NCBI GenBank assembly: GCA_951406725.2
Contig: OX597820.1
Location: 32,736,001-32,800,000, forward strand
Length of the DNA: 64,000 bases
Direction: 5' to 3'
Source of the DNA: Octopus vulgaris
Taxonomy: Eukaryota
Position 1 is the first letter of the stretch. Each line of letters begins with the position of its first letter. The position numbers were made by a program, and so were the translations under genes. The notes under the pieces were generated by a model. That model made no database searches and was not told the DNA's origin. It saw only the letters and a program-made list of their open reading frames with translations. This document shows positions 33,478 through 50,570 of this stretch, in pieces.

Positions 33478-33876
33478 TTTATTCTTTTACTCTTTTACTT
33501 GTTTCAGTCATTTGACTGCGGTCATGCTGGAGCACCGCCTTTATTCGAGCAAATCGACCCCAGGACTTATTCTTTGGAAGCCTAGGACTTATTCTATCGG
33601 TCTCTTTTGCCGAACTGCTAAGTTACGGGGACGTAAACACACCAGCATCGGTTGTCAAGCGATGTTGGGGAGACAAACACAGACACACACACATAAATAT
33701 ATATATATACATATATACGACAGGCTTATTTCAGTTTCCATCTACCAAATCCACTCACAAGGCATTGATCGGCCCGAGGCTATAGTAGAAGACATTTGCC
33801 CAAGGTGCCACACAGTGGGACTGAACTCGGAACCATGTGGTTGGTAAGCAAGCTACTTACCACACAGCCACTCCTG
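33478..33876 (-). mobile_element. SINE family A, full length
   Basis: Colinear with the other family A copies. Confidence 0.9.
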
Positions 33877-33965
33877 TGTATATAGTCTCACTATGGAAAC
33901 ATATACCTTTACAAACACACACATACATACACATATATAGATATGTATATGCATGCATATATGTC

Positions 33966-34010
<45 letters not shown>

Positions 34011-34512
34011 GTATGCATAAATGTATGTATGCAAATTAAGCTTGGACAACAGGAAAAAATGAGCGGGATAACACTTCAGATATAGAAACCATTCGCGTTC
34101 AGCAGTTGTTGACTGAAGGAGTTATAGTATTCATAGTATAGCTCATTTCAGAGAACCTAGGAATGGTGTCAGGGACAGGACGTCAACAAGTGTACGACAT
34201 TATACGGAAAACTAGGTCGACTTAAACGTAAAACAAGCACGTATGGATGAGATATGGCTGCGAGAAAACAGAATACTGGACTGAGTGAAGAAGAATACTA
34301 ATAGTGACCGTCTTCTGATTAGGGTGCAAAAACCACAAGTCAAAGTCCATTGTGCAACATTGGTAGTGTTAGTGCATCGGATAGAATACTATCCGGTATT
34401 CGTTTCAGCTCTCTATTTTCGAAGTTCAAATCCCGCCAAGATTGTTTGTTTACATTTCGAGGTCGAAAAATAAAGCATGTATTATGGTCACTTCTCTCCT
34501 TTCTCACCTCCC

Positions 34513-34604
<92 letters not shown>

Positions 34605-34778
34605 TAATAAATAAAACATATGCATATATATAAACATATATGTACGTACCTACCTCTACATGTACATATACACGCATATATGAGTACAGGACACCAAAAA
34701 GGCGTCGAACACAATGAGAAACGAAAATATATATACATATATATATATTGCATCAGCATGGCCGCAGCTCTGAGCTGA

Positions 34779-34844
<66 letters not shown>

Positions 34845-35464
34845 GTCAATAAGTAAGATCGAGAGACGCTCAATATAGAAAACAGGTGGTAGTGCTCAAA
34901 TGAAATTGAGACAGAGATGAAAAAAACATTGATCAGAGAACAAACATCAAATTCGAGTCAACGACTTTATATAAAACCACGCTTCCATACATTTGATCAT
35001 ATATAAATATTACCATGGCCTTCAAGTTATAAAAAGAATACATATATAAAAAGGTTAAAAAATGTATATACCAATAAAAATACAAATATATAGAATGGTC
35101 TTCTGTAGGGTCAGCATAACTCACCGGTCTCTTGTCCAAAAGAATCTTAATATTCATGCAGCCAATTGTCCACACTTTATTGCCATCTTAGTAACATGCA
35201 CATGAAATGGTGCTTCATTATACTTACTGATCCCCACGTTACTCATAGTCTGTGACCCAGGGATTGCTGTGCCTTCAAACATATTTATATACATATATAG
35301 ATACGAATGTATTCATGTATGTGGGCGACTAATATATAGATACAAATGTATTCATATGTGCAGTCAATCCAAACATGAACAAGCAAGGAAAAACAAAAAC
35401 GCGAGGACGTGGAATAAGGAAAGAAAGGAAAGAAAAGAACGCGTAAAATATCAAATATTGGTGC

Positions 35465-35671
35465 ACATAGCTGGTCACAATGCGTTTTGCATTGTTTAAA
35501 ACTCCAAATAACGCGCCATCGCTATATAGGCGAGTAGGCCAATATTCCCACCTGATCGAAACGGGAACTGGAGCAATATAAACTGAAGCGCTATGCTCAG
35601 TCATGGACATCGAACCCACGATCTAGCGATCGTGAGTGTAACAGCGTAACGTCTGGACCATACGCCTTCAC
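35465..35671 (-). mobile_element. Degenerate SINE with family D-like head and the 3' body seen near 58960
   Basis: Minus head GTGAAGGCGTATGGTCCAG...GGTTCGATG; GCTGGTCACAATGCGTT shared with the 58918-59168 copy. Confidence 0.55.
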
Positions 35672-35769
35672 GGGCCTGCACACACACACACACACCAGCG
35701 CGGCCGCCCACACAAACACATATATGTAGATATATACATGTATATATACACACACACATATATATAAAT

Positions 35770-35977
35770 GTGACCGCGTGTGTACCGTTGGCGATTTTTT
35801 TCCTCCGTCTTCCCTTCTCTGGATCTTTCCTTTTCCTATATTTCTGACGAAGAGCTCCGCTCGAAACGTTAACCCCCCCCCCCCTTCTTCTTCCCTTCCT
35901 TCCTGAGCGTCCAATAATACTATATTTGTTCCACGTCCCCGCGTTGTTGTGCTTTCTCTTTGTGTTTTCATATTTGG

Positions 35978-35980
<3 letters not shown>
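35770..35980 (+). mobile_element. Solo Penelope-type tail (family 2) with HHR, ending in (TA)n
   Basis: CTGACGA-A-GAGC TCC GCTC-GAAACGTT at 35844-35870 (canonical core); homologous to 30292-30600. Confidence 0.75.
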
Positions 35981-36059
<79 letters not shown>

Positions 36060-36073
36060 GCATATATATACAC

Positions 36074-36201
<128 letters not shown>

Positions 36202-36399
36202 CGAAAAGTTTCTCCACAGTAAGTATCGTAAGACTACAAAGGAATATATTAGACTTTACAAGACTTTAAAAAAAAACTTTATAAAAGGTATTAAAAGTGT
36301 CGACCTTCCTTTTGAGTATTTCAGTTGACTCCTTGCGTGTTTTGAAGTACATCTTGGATTAAAAAATTCAGTGTGGAGAGACTTTTTAAACGCTCTGTG

Positions 36400-39700
<3,301 letters not shown>

Positions 39701-39717
39701 GATAGATGAATCGTTAC

Positions 39718-40031
39718 TATTTTACTAGTTTCAGTCATTTGAGTACGGCCAGGTTGGAGCACCGCCTGTAGTCGAACTAATCGAGCCCAGAACTTACTCT
39801 TTGTAGGCCTAGTAGTTATCCTTTCAGTGTATTTTGCCGAACCGCTAGGTGACGTGGACGTAAACGTACCAGCATCAATTGTCAAGCGATAGTAGTGGGG
39901 GACAAACATAGACACGCAAACATATGCATATATACATAAATATATATGTATGTATATATATATATATACAACGAGCTTCTTTCAGTTTCCGTCTACCAAA
40001 TCCACTCACAAGGCTTTGGTCGGTAAGCAAG
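39718..40031 (-). mobile_element. SINE family A, head largely deleted
   Basis: GTTTCAGTCATTTGAG...CAAGGCTTTGGTCGG|TAAGCAAGC. Confidence 0.75.
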
Positions 40032-40071
40032 CACAAACACACACACATACACACACACGCTCATATATATA

Positions 40072-40107
<36 letters not shown>

Positions 40108-40189
40108 CATACATACTTAGATATATAAATGTATGTATATATATGTATGTATATATATGTATATATCTATATCTATATACATATATATA

Positions 40190-40361
40190 GGGAGAATTCG
40201 CAAAAAAAAACAAGACGAAGACAGATGTGTAGACAACAAACATGTATTAGTTTAACGCTCAGGGAATGAAAAAGACTTTAACGTTTCGGGCCTACGCTCT
40301 TCCACAGAAAGAAACAAAAGAGAAAATAAAGATTGTGTAGTGGCTAGCAATCTATCATGCC
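40190..40361 (-). mobile_element. Solo Penelope-type tail (family 1) with HHR, embedded in (TA)n
   Basis: Minus 40311-40276: CTTT-CTGTGGA-A-GAGCGTAGGCCC-GAAACGTT-AAAG; homologous to 7670-7856 and 58638-58844. Confidence 0.8.
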
Positions 40362-40424
<63 letters not shown>

Positions 40425-40754
40425 CATATATATATGGGACAATTTGGCCCAAAAGATCTGAAAGACGGAGTTTTGCAAACATTTGCATTGATATTTGTTG
40501 CGAATTTACGGAAGAACAAAAAGCTTAAAAAGTATTTTTTCACACTTATGAATTGGTCATATTCTGAATGATCACTTGAAATTGCACTAAAAAGTACAAC
40601 TACATAAACAGCAGCCAGTTTTTTTTGAGAAATTTTACACATATAATAAGTAAAAGGGAGGAAAAAAATTCACGTGTTTTTACGTTTGAACAGACGAATA
40701 CCTCTGGTCATACATATGACGAGATGTATCATTGTTTCACAAAATAACAATATA

Positions 40755-41171
40755 TATTTCTTTACTACCTACAAGGGGCTAAGCACAGAGGGGACAAACA
40801 AGGACAGACAAACGGATTAAGCCGATTACATCGACCCAAGTGCGAAACTGGTACATTATTTATCGACCCCGAAAGGATGAAAGGCAAAGTCGACCTCGGC
40901 GGAATTTGAACTCAGAACGTAGCGGCAGACGAAATACGTATTTCTTTACTACCCACAAGGGCCTAAACACAGAGTGGACAAACAAGGACAGACAAACGGA
41001 TTAAGCCGATTACATCGACCCCAGTGCGAAACTGGTACTTTATTTATCGACCCCGAAAGGATGAAAGGCAAAGTCGACCTCGGCGGAATTTGAACTCAGA
41101 ACGTAACGACAGACGAAATACCGCAAAGCATTTCGCCCGGCGTGCTAACGTTTCTGCCAGCTCGCCGCCTT
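40755..41171 (-). mobile_element. Head-to-tail dimer of SINE family B
   Basis: TATTTCTTTACTACC..CAAGGG...CAGACGAAATAC repeated at ~184-bp spacing; only the second unit keeps the full head. Confidence 0.9.
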
Positions 41172-42086
41172 ATAACAATATAGATGCAGCTTAGGATAAG
41201 AATGACGTGTGCTATGAGATGCTAGAGGAAAGCTGTTTGGAGTACTGTACAATTCCCTGAAGAAGCTGGATGTAGGAGTTTTATTGGGACCAGTCTGAAA
41301 CGGTGGTTGCTGTCAACTGCTTTTCAACACTAGCAAGCTGACGCCATCTTAAAAAAAGATCCAGACGACATTTGAGAGTGCAGTCATTTGATTTGGCTGA
41401 AAAAAAATAATGAAAATTGGTTGGAGAGGTGACGATCCCGAAATGCACTTGAGGTCAAATACTAGCCAATCGAACTATTAAGAGAAGCCTCATATCAGTG
41501 AGCTGGAGAGGCTGGTACGCTGTAAAACCGTCGAGAAAAAGGAACCGAAATGGCGCGCGTTTTTTTTTTTCCTAATAACCCTTGGAACAATATGACATCC
41601 GGGACGCGGAATTTTCCACTGACAACACTTGCACTAGTAAACTGTTTCTAAGTCTTTTTCCCCACACACTGAATTGGTCATCTAAAAAATTGACATAAAA
41701 TTTAACTAAAAACAACAAGAACTACTACTACTACTACAAAAACAATAGCCACTTGTTATTTGGGCGTTTTATATATATAATAGTAAAAATAAGGGAAATT
41801 AACATGTTTTTATGTTCCAGTAGCCGAATATATATATATATAGAGGAAAGACTGATGTATTTTTGGACGTCTTTGGTTTTTTGTTTTAAACTAATTAAAT
41901 CTCAGTGACTAATTATATTTCGATGTAATTCTAATGTGTTTACCAATATTTCTTTTCCTTGTATATTGCTAGAATTCTTCTCTTCAGATATTTACACAAA
42001 GACACATTATATACATACATACATACATACATACATACATACATACATACATACATACATACATACATGCATACATATACATATAC

Positions 42087-42198
<112 letters not shown>

Positions 42199-42271
42199 CT
42201 ATATATATTATATGTATGTATGTATGCGTTTATATATATATATATATGCGTGTGTGTGTGTATGTATGTAT

Positions 42272-42420
42272 GGGTGCAGGCGTTGCTGTGCGGTAAGAAG
42301 CTTGCTTCTCAATCACATGGTCCCAGGTTCAATCCCAAATGTCTTCTACTATAGACTCGGGCGGTTCAAAGCCTTGTGAAGGGATTTGGTAGACGGAAAC
42401 TGAATGAAGGCCGTCGTATA
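42272..42420 (+). mobile_element. SINE family A head
   Basis: GCAGGCGTTGCTGTGCGGTAAGAAGCTTGCTT...GGTAGACGGAAACTGA. Confidence 0.75.
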
Positions 42421-42616
42421 TGCATATATATGTGTGTGTATGTATCCCTCCACTTTGCCTTACCCTCACTTATCCTTGACTTTTGTTTTTGTTTGTGTAC
42501 AATTTTGAACTATGTATGCGTGTGTGGGGGTTGTTAGTATGTATGTATGTATCTGTGTGCATATGTTTGTAAGTATTTGTATGTGTATATCGATATTTAT
42601 CTACGTCTCTCTCTCT

Positions 42617-43036
42617 GGACGAAATGCTTAGCGGCATTTCGCCCATCGCTAGGTTTTGAGTTCAAATTCCGCCGAGATCGACTTTACCTTTCATCCTTTC
42701 GGGGTCGATAAAATAAGTACCCGCTTAACACTGGGAGTCGATGTAATCGACCAGTCTTCCTCCCCCAAAATGACTGCCCTTGTGGTAAAATTTGAAGCTA
42801 TTTTATTTCTTTACTGCCCACAAGGGGCTACACCCAGAGGGGACAAACAAGGTCAGAGAAACGGATTAAGTCAATTATATCAACCCCAGTGCGTAACTGG
42901 CACTTATTTAATCGACCCCGAAAGGATGAAAGGCAAAGTCGACCTCGGCGGAATTTGAACTCAGAACGTAACGTCAGACGAAATACTGCTAAGCATTTCG
43001 TCCGGTGTGCTAACGATTCAGCCAGCTCGCCGCCTT
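42617..43036. mobile_element. Two SINE family B copies tail-to-tail (42617-42798 +, 42804-43036 -)
   Basis: CCTTTCATCCTTTCGGGGTCGAT followed by ATCGACCCCGAAAGGATGAAAGG. Confidence 0.85.
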
Positions 43037-43039
43037 ATT

Positions 43040-44728
43040 ATCTTCATCACTACCACCACCACTACTACTGCTAATATCATCACCATCGTCACCACCATCA
43101 CCATCATCACCAGCACCACCACCAGCGCCAACTCCATCATCTCTACCACCACTATCACTACCATAGCCATCACCATGACCCATCATTAGCCTCACCGCCA
43201 AAATCGTCATCATCACTACCATCGGCACCGCTACCAGCGCCATCACCAATCACCATCACCACCAACCACACCCCCACGGACCTTTTAATTAGTTATTCAA
43301 TAACCACCATATTGTTATAATTGCCTTCTGTTACCTTCCTCACTTCCCCCATCACTACCACCCACCACCAACCACTACCACCACCACCAACCACAAGCAT
43401 TACCATCACCACCAACCACTACCACCACCACCAACCACCACCACCAACCACCCTCAACCACAAACACCACCACCATACCACCAACCACCAACCACTACCA
43501 CCACCAACTACTGCCACACCAACCAGCCACTACCACCAACCAATCACTACCACCAACAACACCACCAACCACTACCACCACCCACTACCACCACCACTAC
43601 CACGCCATCACTACTACAACAATTATCACCGTCGCATCCCCATCCCCAACAACAACAACACCTACACTAACAACCACCACCACCACAATACCACCACCAT
43701 ACTACCGACCACAAGCATCACCATCACCACCAACCACTACCACCACTACCACACCATCACTACTACTACAATTATCACCACCACCGCCGCCGCTGCCGCC
43801 CCACCCAACAACAAGAACACCTCTACTAACAACCACCAATACTACCACCATCACCACCACCACTAACAACAACAACAACAACCAAAAACCACCAAAACCA
43901 CCACTATGCCACCAACCACAAGCATCACCACCACCACCAACAACCACTAGCACTACCAACCACTACTACAATTACCACCACCGCCGCCGCCGCCGCTGCC
44001 GACGCCGCCACCAACAACACCTTCACTAACAACCACCACCACCACCATTCAATCAACCAGCTCTGAACCACCCACTCACCATTACCTCTGCTCTCGCGCC
44101 TATTGTTTCACATCTACCAACATTCGCTCCCCTCTCTCTCTTTTGTATATGCATCTCCTTCATCGCACTTCTGCTTCCTCGTCTTCGTCTTCCAGCTCCC
44201 TTCCTTCTTTTTCTTCCACATGCCTTCTTTTTCATCAATTTCTTCGTGTAGCTACTCCTAAATATACACCTCCAATTTCTTCTTCTTCAATTTCTTTGTT
44301 CATCTCTTCTTCTTCTTCGTCGTCGTCGTCGTCGTCGTCTTCTTCTTCTTCTTCTTCTTCTTCTTCTTCGTCTTCTTCTTCTTCTTCTTCTTCTCCTTCT
44401 TCTTCTTCTTTGTTCATCTCTTCTTCTTCTTCGTCGTCGTCTTCTTCTTCGTCGTCGTCGTCGTCTTCTTCTTCTTCTTCTTCTTCTTCTTCTTCTTCTT
44501 CTTCTTCTTCTTCTTCTTCTTCTTCTTCTTCTTCGTCGTCGTCGTCTTCTTCTTCTTCTTCTTCTTCTTCTTCTTCTTCTTCGTCGTCGTCGTCTTCTTC
44601 TTCTTCTTCTTCTTCTTCTTCTTCTTCTTCTTTATTCATCCCTTCCGCCTTCTACTCCTCTTTTGTCGCCATCGTTGTCATCTTTCACTTCTTCATCAGC
44701 ATTTTAGCTTCTTTCTTTCTTCTTCATT

Positions 44729-44785
<57 letters not shown>

Positions 44786-44890
44786 TTCTTCTTCTTCTTC
44801 TTCTTCTTCTTCTTCCTTTCTTCCTTCCTTCCTTTCCTCATTCCTTCCTTCTTTCCTTCCTTCCTTCTTTCTTTCCTTCCTTCCTTATTT
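43040..44890. repeat. Trinucleotide patchwork (ACC/ATC, then TCT/TCG, CAT, TTCC)
   Basis: Directly visible. Confidence 0.85.
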
Positions 44891-45420
44891 CCAGCTACCT
44901 GCCCACTCAACTTACACCTCACCTCAACTATCATGCTATCCAAATTCATCGGACATAAACCGAATTTCGTCTCAGCCTGCCACCCTTCCCACCACAATCC
45001 AAATGATCTACCTCACCTTTACACCACGACCGACACCCTACCTATTAATATTGCTTGATACGCTTCATCAATTGTAGCTTCATCAACCGAAGCGTGCAAT
45101 CAGCTTGCATCCACTCATACAAGCTTTTTTTGTGTGTTTTGTTCCTCTCATGCCAGTATAGAAAGCATACGCACAAACACCTGCACACACACACACACAC
45201 ACACACACATACGCGCACACACACATACATTTGCACACACACACAAGCGCGCACACACACGCACACAAACACACAAACACATTAACAAACATGTACATAT
45301 ACACACACATGCATCTAGGCCAGGGCTTCTCAACCATTTTTTTTTTATGTATGGACCCCTTTGATCACTATTTTATTCTGGTGGACCTCCATAGCCATTC
45401 GATGTTTAAAAACTAGTTTT

Positions 45421-45591
45421 AGGCGCAGGAGTGGCTCTGTGGTAAGTAGCATGCTTACCAACCACATGGCTCCGGGTTCAGTCCCACTATGTGGCACCTT
45501 GAGGCAAGTGTTTTCTACTATAGCCTCGGGCCGAACAAAGCTTTGTGAATGGATTTGGTAGACGGAAACGGAAAGAACCCCGTCGTATATA

Positions 45592-45655
<64 letters not shown>

Positions 45656-45824
45656 TGTGTTTGTGTTTGTATGTCTGTGTTTGTCCCCCTAACATCGCTT
45701 GACAACCGATGCTGGTGTGTTTACGTCCCCGTAACGTAGCGGTTCGGTAACCGATAGAATAAGTACTAGGCTTACAAAGAATGAGTCCTGGGGTCGATTT
45801 GTTCAACTAAAGGCATTACTCCAG
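45421..45824 (+). mobile_element. SINE family A with internal (GT)n
   Basis: AGGCGCAGGAGTGGCTCTGTGGTAAGTAGC...GGTTCAGTCCC...GGGGTCGATTTGTTC. Confidence 0.9.
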
Positions 45825-45935
45825 CCCGAAATTTTGGGGGAGGAGCTAGTCGATTAGATCGACTCCAGTATGCAGCTGGTACTTAATTTATAGACCACGA
45901 AAGGATGAAAGGCAAAGTCGATCTCGGTGGAATTT
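45825..45935 (-). mobile_element. SINE family B 3' fragment
   Basis: CTGGTACTTAATTTATAGACCACGAAAGGATGAAAGGCAAAGTCG. Confidence 0.7.
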
Positions 45936-46189
45936 AATATTAATAATGAATTTGGCATTTGCTATGGGTATGCAGCGCATACCTAGCACACCCGGAATAT
46001 ATGCCCCGTGATTTTGTCAAACAAACCTATTCCAGGACTTAATTTAAATCTGGTTCTTATTCAGTAGATATCGTTTATTTAAAGTGCTGTGCAAAGGAGC
46101 TGAACCCGAAACTACGTGTTCGCAAAGCAAGCTTACTTACCATATAGCCATGGCTTCACCTATACAAAATACAACACCTAAAAAAAAAA

Positions 46190-46510
46190 GGTAAAGACTT
46201 CCTTCGCTCGTGAATGACCAAGGGACTGCACCTAGAAAGTTTTCCCTCCGAGGTTCAAGTCCAGGCAAGGCTATTTATGGAAGACCAGGAGTCGCTCAAG
46301 CATACCAGCTTCCCCTCTCCATGCCACCAATTTCTCCAAGGGAAAGGCCGATACAGCCTGGCACCAATGACGTCGCAGCTGTGTGAACTGGAGCAACGTG
46401 AAATAAAATGCCTTGCTCAAGTACACAACACACAGCCAGGTGAGGGAATCGAACTCCCTACTTCATGATTATGAACCCGATGCTCTAACCACTGAGCCAT
46501 GCACCTTCAC
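46190..46510 (-). mobile_element. SINE family D
   Basis: Reverse complement of the 25818 and 48009 copies, ending TAACCACTGAGCCATGCACCTTC. Confidence 0.75.
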
Positions 46511-46544
46511 AACTCCTACTGCCACAAAACAATCATAGTCATTT

Positions 46545-46905
46545 TTACCTCCGCCTTAGCGAAGGCGGAGATATTGTTTCAGTCATGTTTGTTTGTCTGT
46601 GAACAAGATATCTCAAGAACCGCAGGATGGATTCGGATGAAACTTTCAGGGATGTTTGGCCTCGTGACTGGTACGAACTGATTGGGATCGATCCGGTACC
46701 GGACAAGGATTGTGGATTATTTTTTCTTGTTTTTTTATCTTACTTAATTTTTGAGAGCAGTCGCGTTAATTTTTAGTATTCTCCTTTTTGAGAGTAGTCA
46801 AGTTTATTTCAGATATTCTCATTTTAAAAACCATATCTGGCTAAATGTTGAGAGGACTTTGGTGTTGCCCTGGCGGAAGTTTGCGCTCTCTGAGCGCTCT
46901 TGTTT
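46545..46905 (+). mobile_element. Helentron-associated non-autonomous element (HINE/DINE-1-like)
   Basis: T-run then TTACCTCCGCC..GGCGGAG 5' palindrome, GTTT/GTCT stretch, distal inverted GGCGGAAGT (46872-46880), 3' hairpin GCGCTC-TCT-GAGCGC, then T-rich end; no TSD seen. Confidence 0.75.
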
Positions 46906-47199
46906 AATCTTTAAAAACATACATTGACTACTCCATCAGTTTCATGTTGTCTGTGCTTTACTGTTGAGATTCAGTAAGGCAGAAACATGTTCGTCATTGT
47001 CAGTAATCGCGCTCAAGAAGATATTTTTTTAGGCGCGATTATTGAAAACGTTGATGCGGGCATGGACAAAGTGGACGGCGTCTAGTTTTTAGCAGTTTTA
47101 ATATTCTTCACTAAACAGTCTCATTTATGAAAGTCAACAGACAGATAATAAAAACTGCTTTCCCTTCCCGGTCAGAGGAAGATGATGATAATAATCCTG

Positions 47200-47345
47200 T
47201 CTATTATAGGTAGGCTTGAAATTTTGAAGAGAGGGGAATAGTCAATTACATCGATCTGGTCCTTATTTCATCGATTCCGAGGGGATGAAAAGCAAAGACA
47301 ACCTCGACAAAATTTGAACTCTGAGCGTAAAGATGGACGAAATGT
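47200..47345 (-). mobile_element. SINE family B, degenerate
   Basis: GGATGAAAAGCAAAGACAACCTCGACAAAATTTGAACTCTGAGCGTAAAG. Confidence 0.6.
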
Positions 47346-47397
47346 TTTTTTTTTTTTGGCAAGCTAATGATTAAATAATAACGAATAATAATAATAA

Positions 47398-47940
47398 TAG
47401 TACCAGACAGTGGCTCTTATGGCTTCTGATCTTAACTGATTGGAAATGTTATCATGTGCATTGTTTTGTCTTGGTATAAAAGATGAGCTACAGCAAATAT
47501 TCTGCTCAATACCACAGATTTGCTTGTCAGTTGTTTGACCTTAACCAGTTGAGCAAGTCCCTTAGTGGCTGACGATATGTGCATCTCTGATCAGAAGCAG
47601 AAGTAGTGGGGGAGGGGCATCTTAGCCGTATGTTCAAAAGAATTCTTGGCGGTTTGGATAATTTACCTTTGGAAACATGGGTGGTTCGTTCAGCATCCTT
47701 AAACAATCCTTATTCAGGGACCTTTTGAGCGGGATGGGCTACTCGACCAGAAAAAAAAATTTAACTGGGCCCTACCAGCAAGGTCATGTGCTGTTTATCT
47801 TGATATGAAGTCATGCACATATGGTTGTGATGCATGCGCCTGGTGTGCTCTTATTAGACGAGTAGTCATGATGGGTATACTGGGCTTCGTATATTTTAGC
47901 CCAGTGCCAATTTGATGCCATGCGCTGTTCCTTCACTCAT
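47398..47940. other. Unclassified ~540-bp complex segment flanked by (AAT)n on both sides, probably an interspersed repeat
   Basis: Sharp transitions from and to AAT runs; no recognisable ORF; single copy in this window. Confidence 0.3.
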
Positions 47941-47953
47941 AATAGTGATGACC

Positions 47954-48000
<47 letters not shown>

Positions 48001-48008
48001 TATAAGTT

Positions 48009-48345
48009 TGAAGGAGCATGGTTCAGTGGTTAGAGCGACAAGCTTACGATCATGAGGTAGTGAGTTCGATTCCCGGACCGGGCTGCGTGTTGTGTTCTTG
48101 AGCAAGACACTTTATTTCACGTTGCTCCAGTTCACTCAGCTGTAGAAATGAGTTGTGACATCATTTGTGCCAAGCTGTATCGGCCTTTGCCTTTCCCTTG
48201 GATAACATAAGTGGTGTGGAGAGGAGAGACCGGTATGCATGGGCGACTGTTGGCCTTCCATAAAAACAACTTTGCCCGGATTTGTGCTTCGGAGGGTAAC
48301 TGTCTAGATACAATCTTACGGTCATTCATGACCGAAGGGGGTCTC
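48009..48345 (+). mobile_element. SINE family D, full length
   Basis: TGAAGGAGCATGGTTCAGTGGTTAGAGC...GAGTTCGATTCCCGG...CTTGAGCAAGACACTTTATTTCACGTTGCTCCAGTTCACTCAGCTGTAGAAATG. Confidence 0.9.
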
Positions 48346-48449
48346 CATCTCCTCCTCCTCCTCCTACAACAAGAATAATAATGGTTTCACATTTTGGCAC
48401 AAGGCCAGCAATTTTGGAGGTGGCTTTAAGTCGACTACATCGAGCCTAG

Positions 48450-49344
48450 ACGGATGTATATACACACAGATATGCATACATTGATATGTACATTCTCACC
48501 TACATACACACACACACACGCATAGTGGTACGCATCCACATTCTGTCACACCTACACACACTCACATAGCCGCGTGCATACACAAATACGCTCACACGCA
48601 CGTGCATACACAACAAAGACACAAATACACAGACATTAATTTATACACGTACTTTCACTTTCGTTCAGAGATGCGCATGCATACACACACAGGTACACAT
48701 ACACATATGCAAGCATACACAAATACATACGCGAGTATAATCTTATCCAGTCACAGCCACAGCCACACAGACACACACGCACACACACACACAAACACAC
48801 GCACACACACACACACACACACGCACACACACGCACACACACGTGCACAAACACGCACACAATTTAAGTACGCTCTTTTACTATGATATAGAAACGCACA
48901 CATTCATAGGCATGCATGAAGGCACATATGCGCACAAAGTCATCGACACATACACATACATATACAGACATATACATATACACACATGTATGCACACTCA
49001 TATGCACACATACATACATACATACATACACATATGCAAATGTTAACTAATTAATTACAACTTCAAACCACTTCAGAATTATAATAGTATTTAAGGTTTT
49101 AATTGAGTGAGAAAAACCCTTAACGATGTCCCACCCGCCCGCCCCTTATCAACTTCAAACCACCCTGGCTCCCTCCTACCACACGACCGCATTTTACACA
49201 CCTACAGGCCATCACACTCACACGCGCCACGCGTGCGCAAACATGCATATAAACATGCATGCACACACTACACACATACACACGTAGACACATATATACA
49301 TACATACCCACATATATATAAACATACATGCACAGATGCGTTCA

Positions 49345-49422
<78 letters not shown>

Positions 49423-49627
49423 TACACTCATACATACAGACATAGATATAGACATATATAGATATGTATATACACACACATACACAGACATAAACACATA
49501 CATTCACATCTATATACACGCTCATGTGTGTATATAGATATATATTTACTTACACACACACATAGCTATCCGTACGCGTATACTTACAGACAAATACACA
49601 TATACTATGCACATAAACACATATACG

Positions 49628-49668
<41 letters not shown>

Positions 49669-50101
49669 ACACGTTCACACACGCACACACATATACACAC
49701 ATACACACATTAATCTTCCCGCCTACAGATAAAGCTTTAACACTTTAACTTCAGATCAGAAACCCTCCCCAAAACCGCGACTCCTCCCTCCCTCTCTTGC
49801 TATCACCATTTCTCTTTCTCTGCCTTTCACCAGCCGACTCCCTCCCATTCTTTCTCATCCACTTCTGTCGTTCTCTCTCCTACCCTCCCTTACCAAATTC
49901 ATTCCCCCACTTCTCTCTCTCTCTCTATCTCTATCTCTCTATCTATCTATCTATCTATCTATTTATCTGTCTATCTATCTATCTATCACTCTATCTCCTC
50001 GCATTCCCCCTTGTCACCCATTTTCTCTTACTTTCTTTCTCTCTTCCCTCAGTCACTTTTCCTCTCTCTCTATTTTTGTCTCTCTCTTTCACTCACTTTT
50101 C

Positions 50102-50135
<34 letters not shown>

Positions 50136-50259
50136 ACCCACTTTTTCATGTCTTTAATTCGTATGTCAGTTGATCTGCCTATCTCTGTTCGTCTGTCTCT
50201 CTCTCCTTGTCCTTGTCTTTCTCCTCTCTCTTTCTCCCGCTATCTCTCTCTTTCTTTCT

Positions 50260-50292
<33 letters not shown>

Positions 50293-50570
50293 GGCTCTCT
50301 ATTTCCCCTCTCACGTTCATCCACTGTTAGCTTTCTCCTTCCTTTTTACCCCCGCCTCTTCTCTCTCTCTCTCTTTCTCTCTCTCATCCAAACCTCTCTC
50401 TTCCACCTTTTTTTCCACCTCTTTCTCTCTCTCTTTCTCATTCAATTCTTTCTCTCTCCAATCTCGCTCACTCCTTTCTCTCATTCGCTTAATATTTACC
50501 ATCTCCTCACCTCTCCTTTCCTACTCTCTTCCTTTCTTTCTTTCTTTCTTTCTTTATTTATTTATTTCTC
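48450..50570. repeat. CA/TA microsatellites followed by an ~800-bp polypyrimidine (CT-rich) tract
   Basis: Directly visible. Confidence 0.85.

Noticed and set aside
34060-34310. Possible RTE C-terminal remnant
   Set aside because: Only faint, frame-broken motif resemblance.
45321-45420. hAT-like terminus CAGGGCTTCTCAACC (and a possible right end at ~17415-17451)
   Set aside because: No partner terminus or TSD found nearby; too little support to annotate an element.
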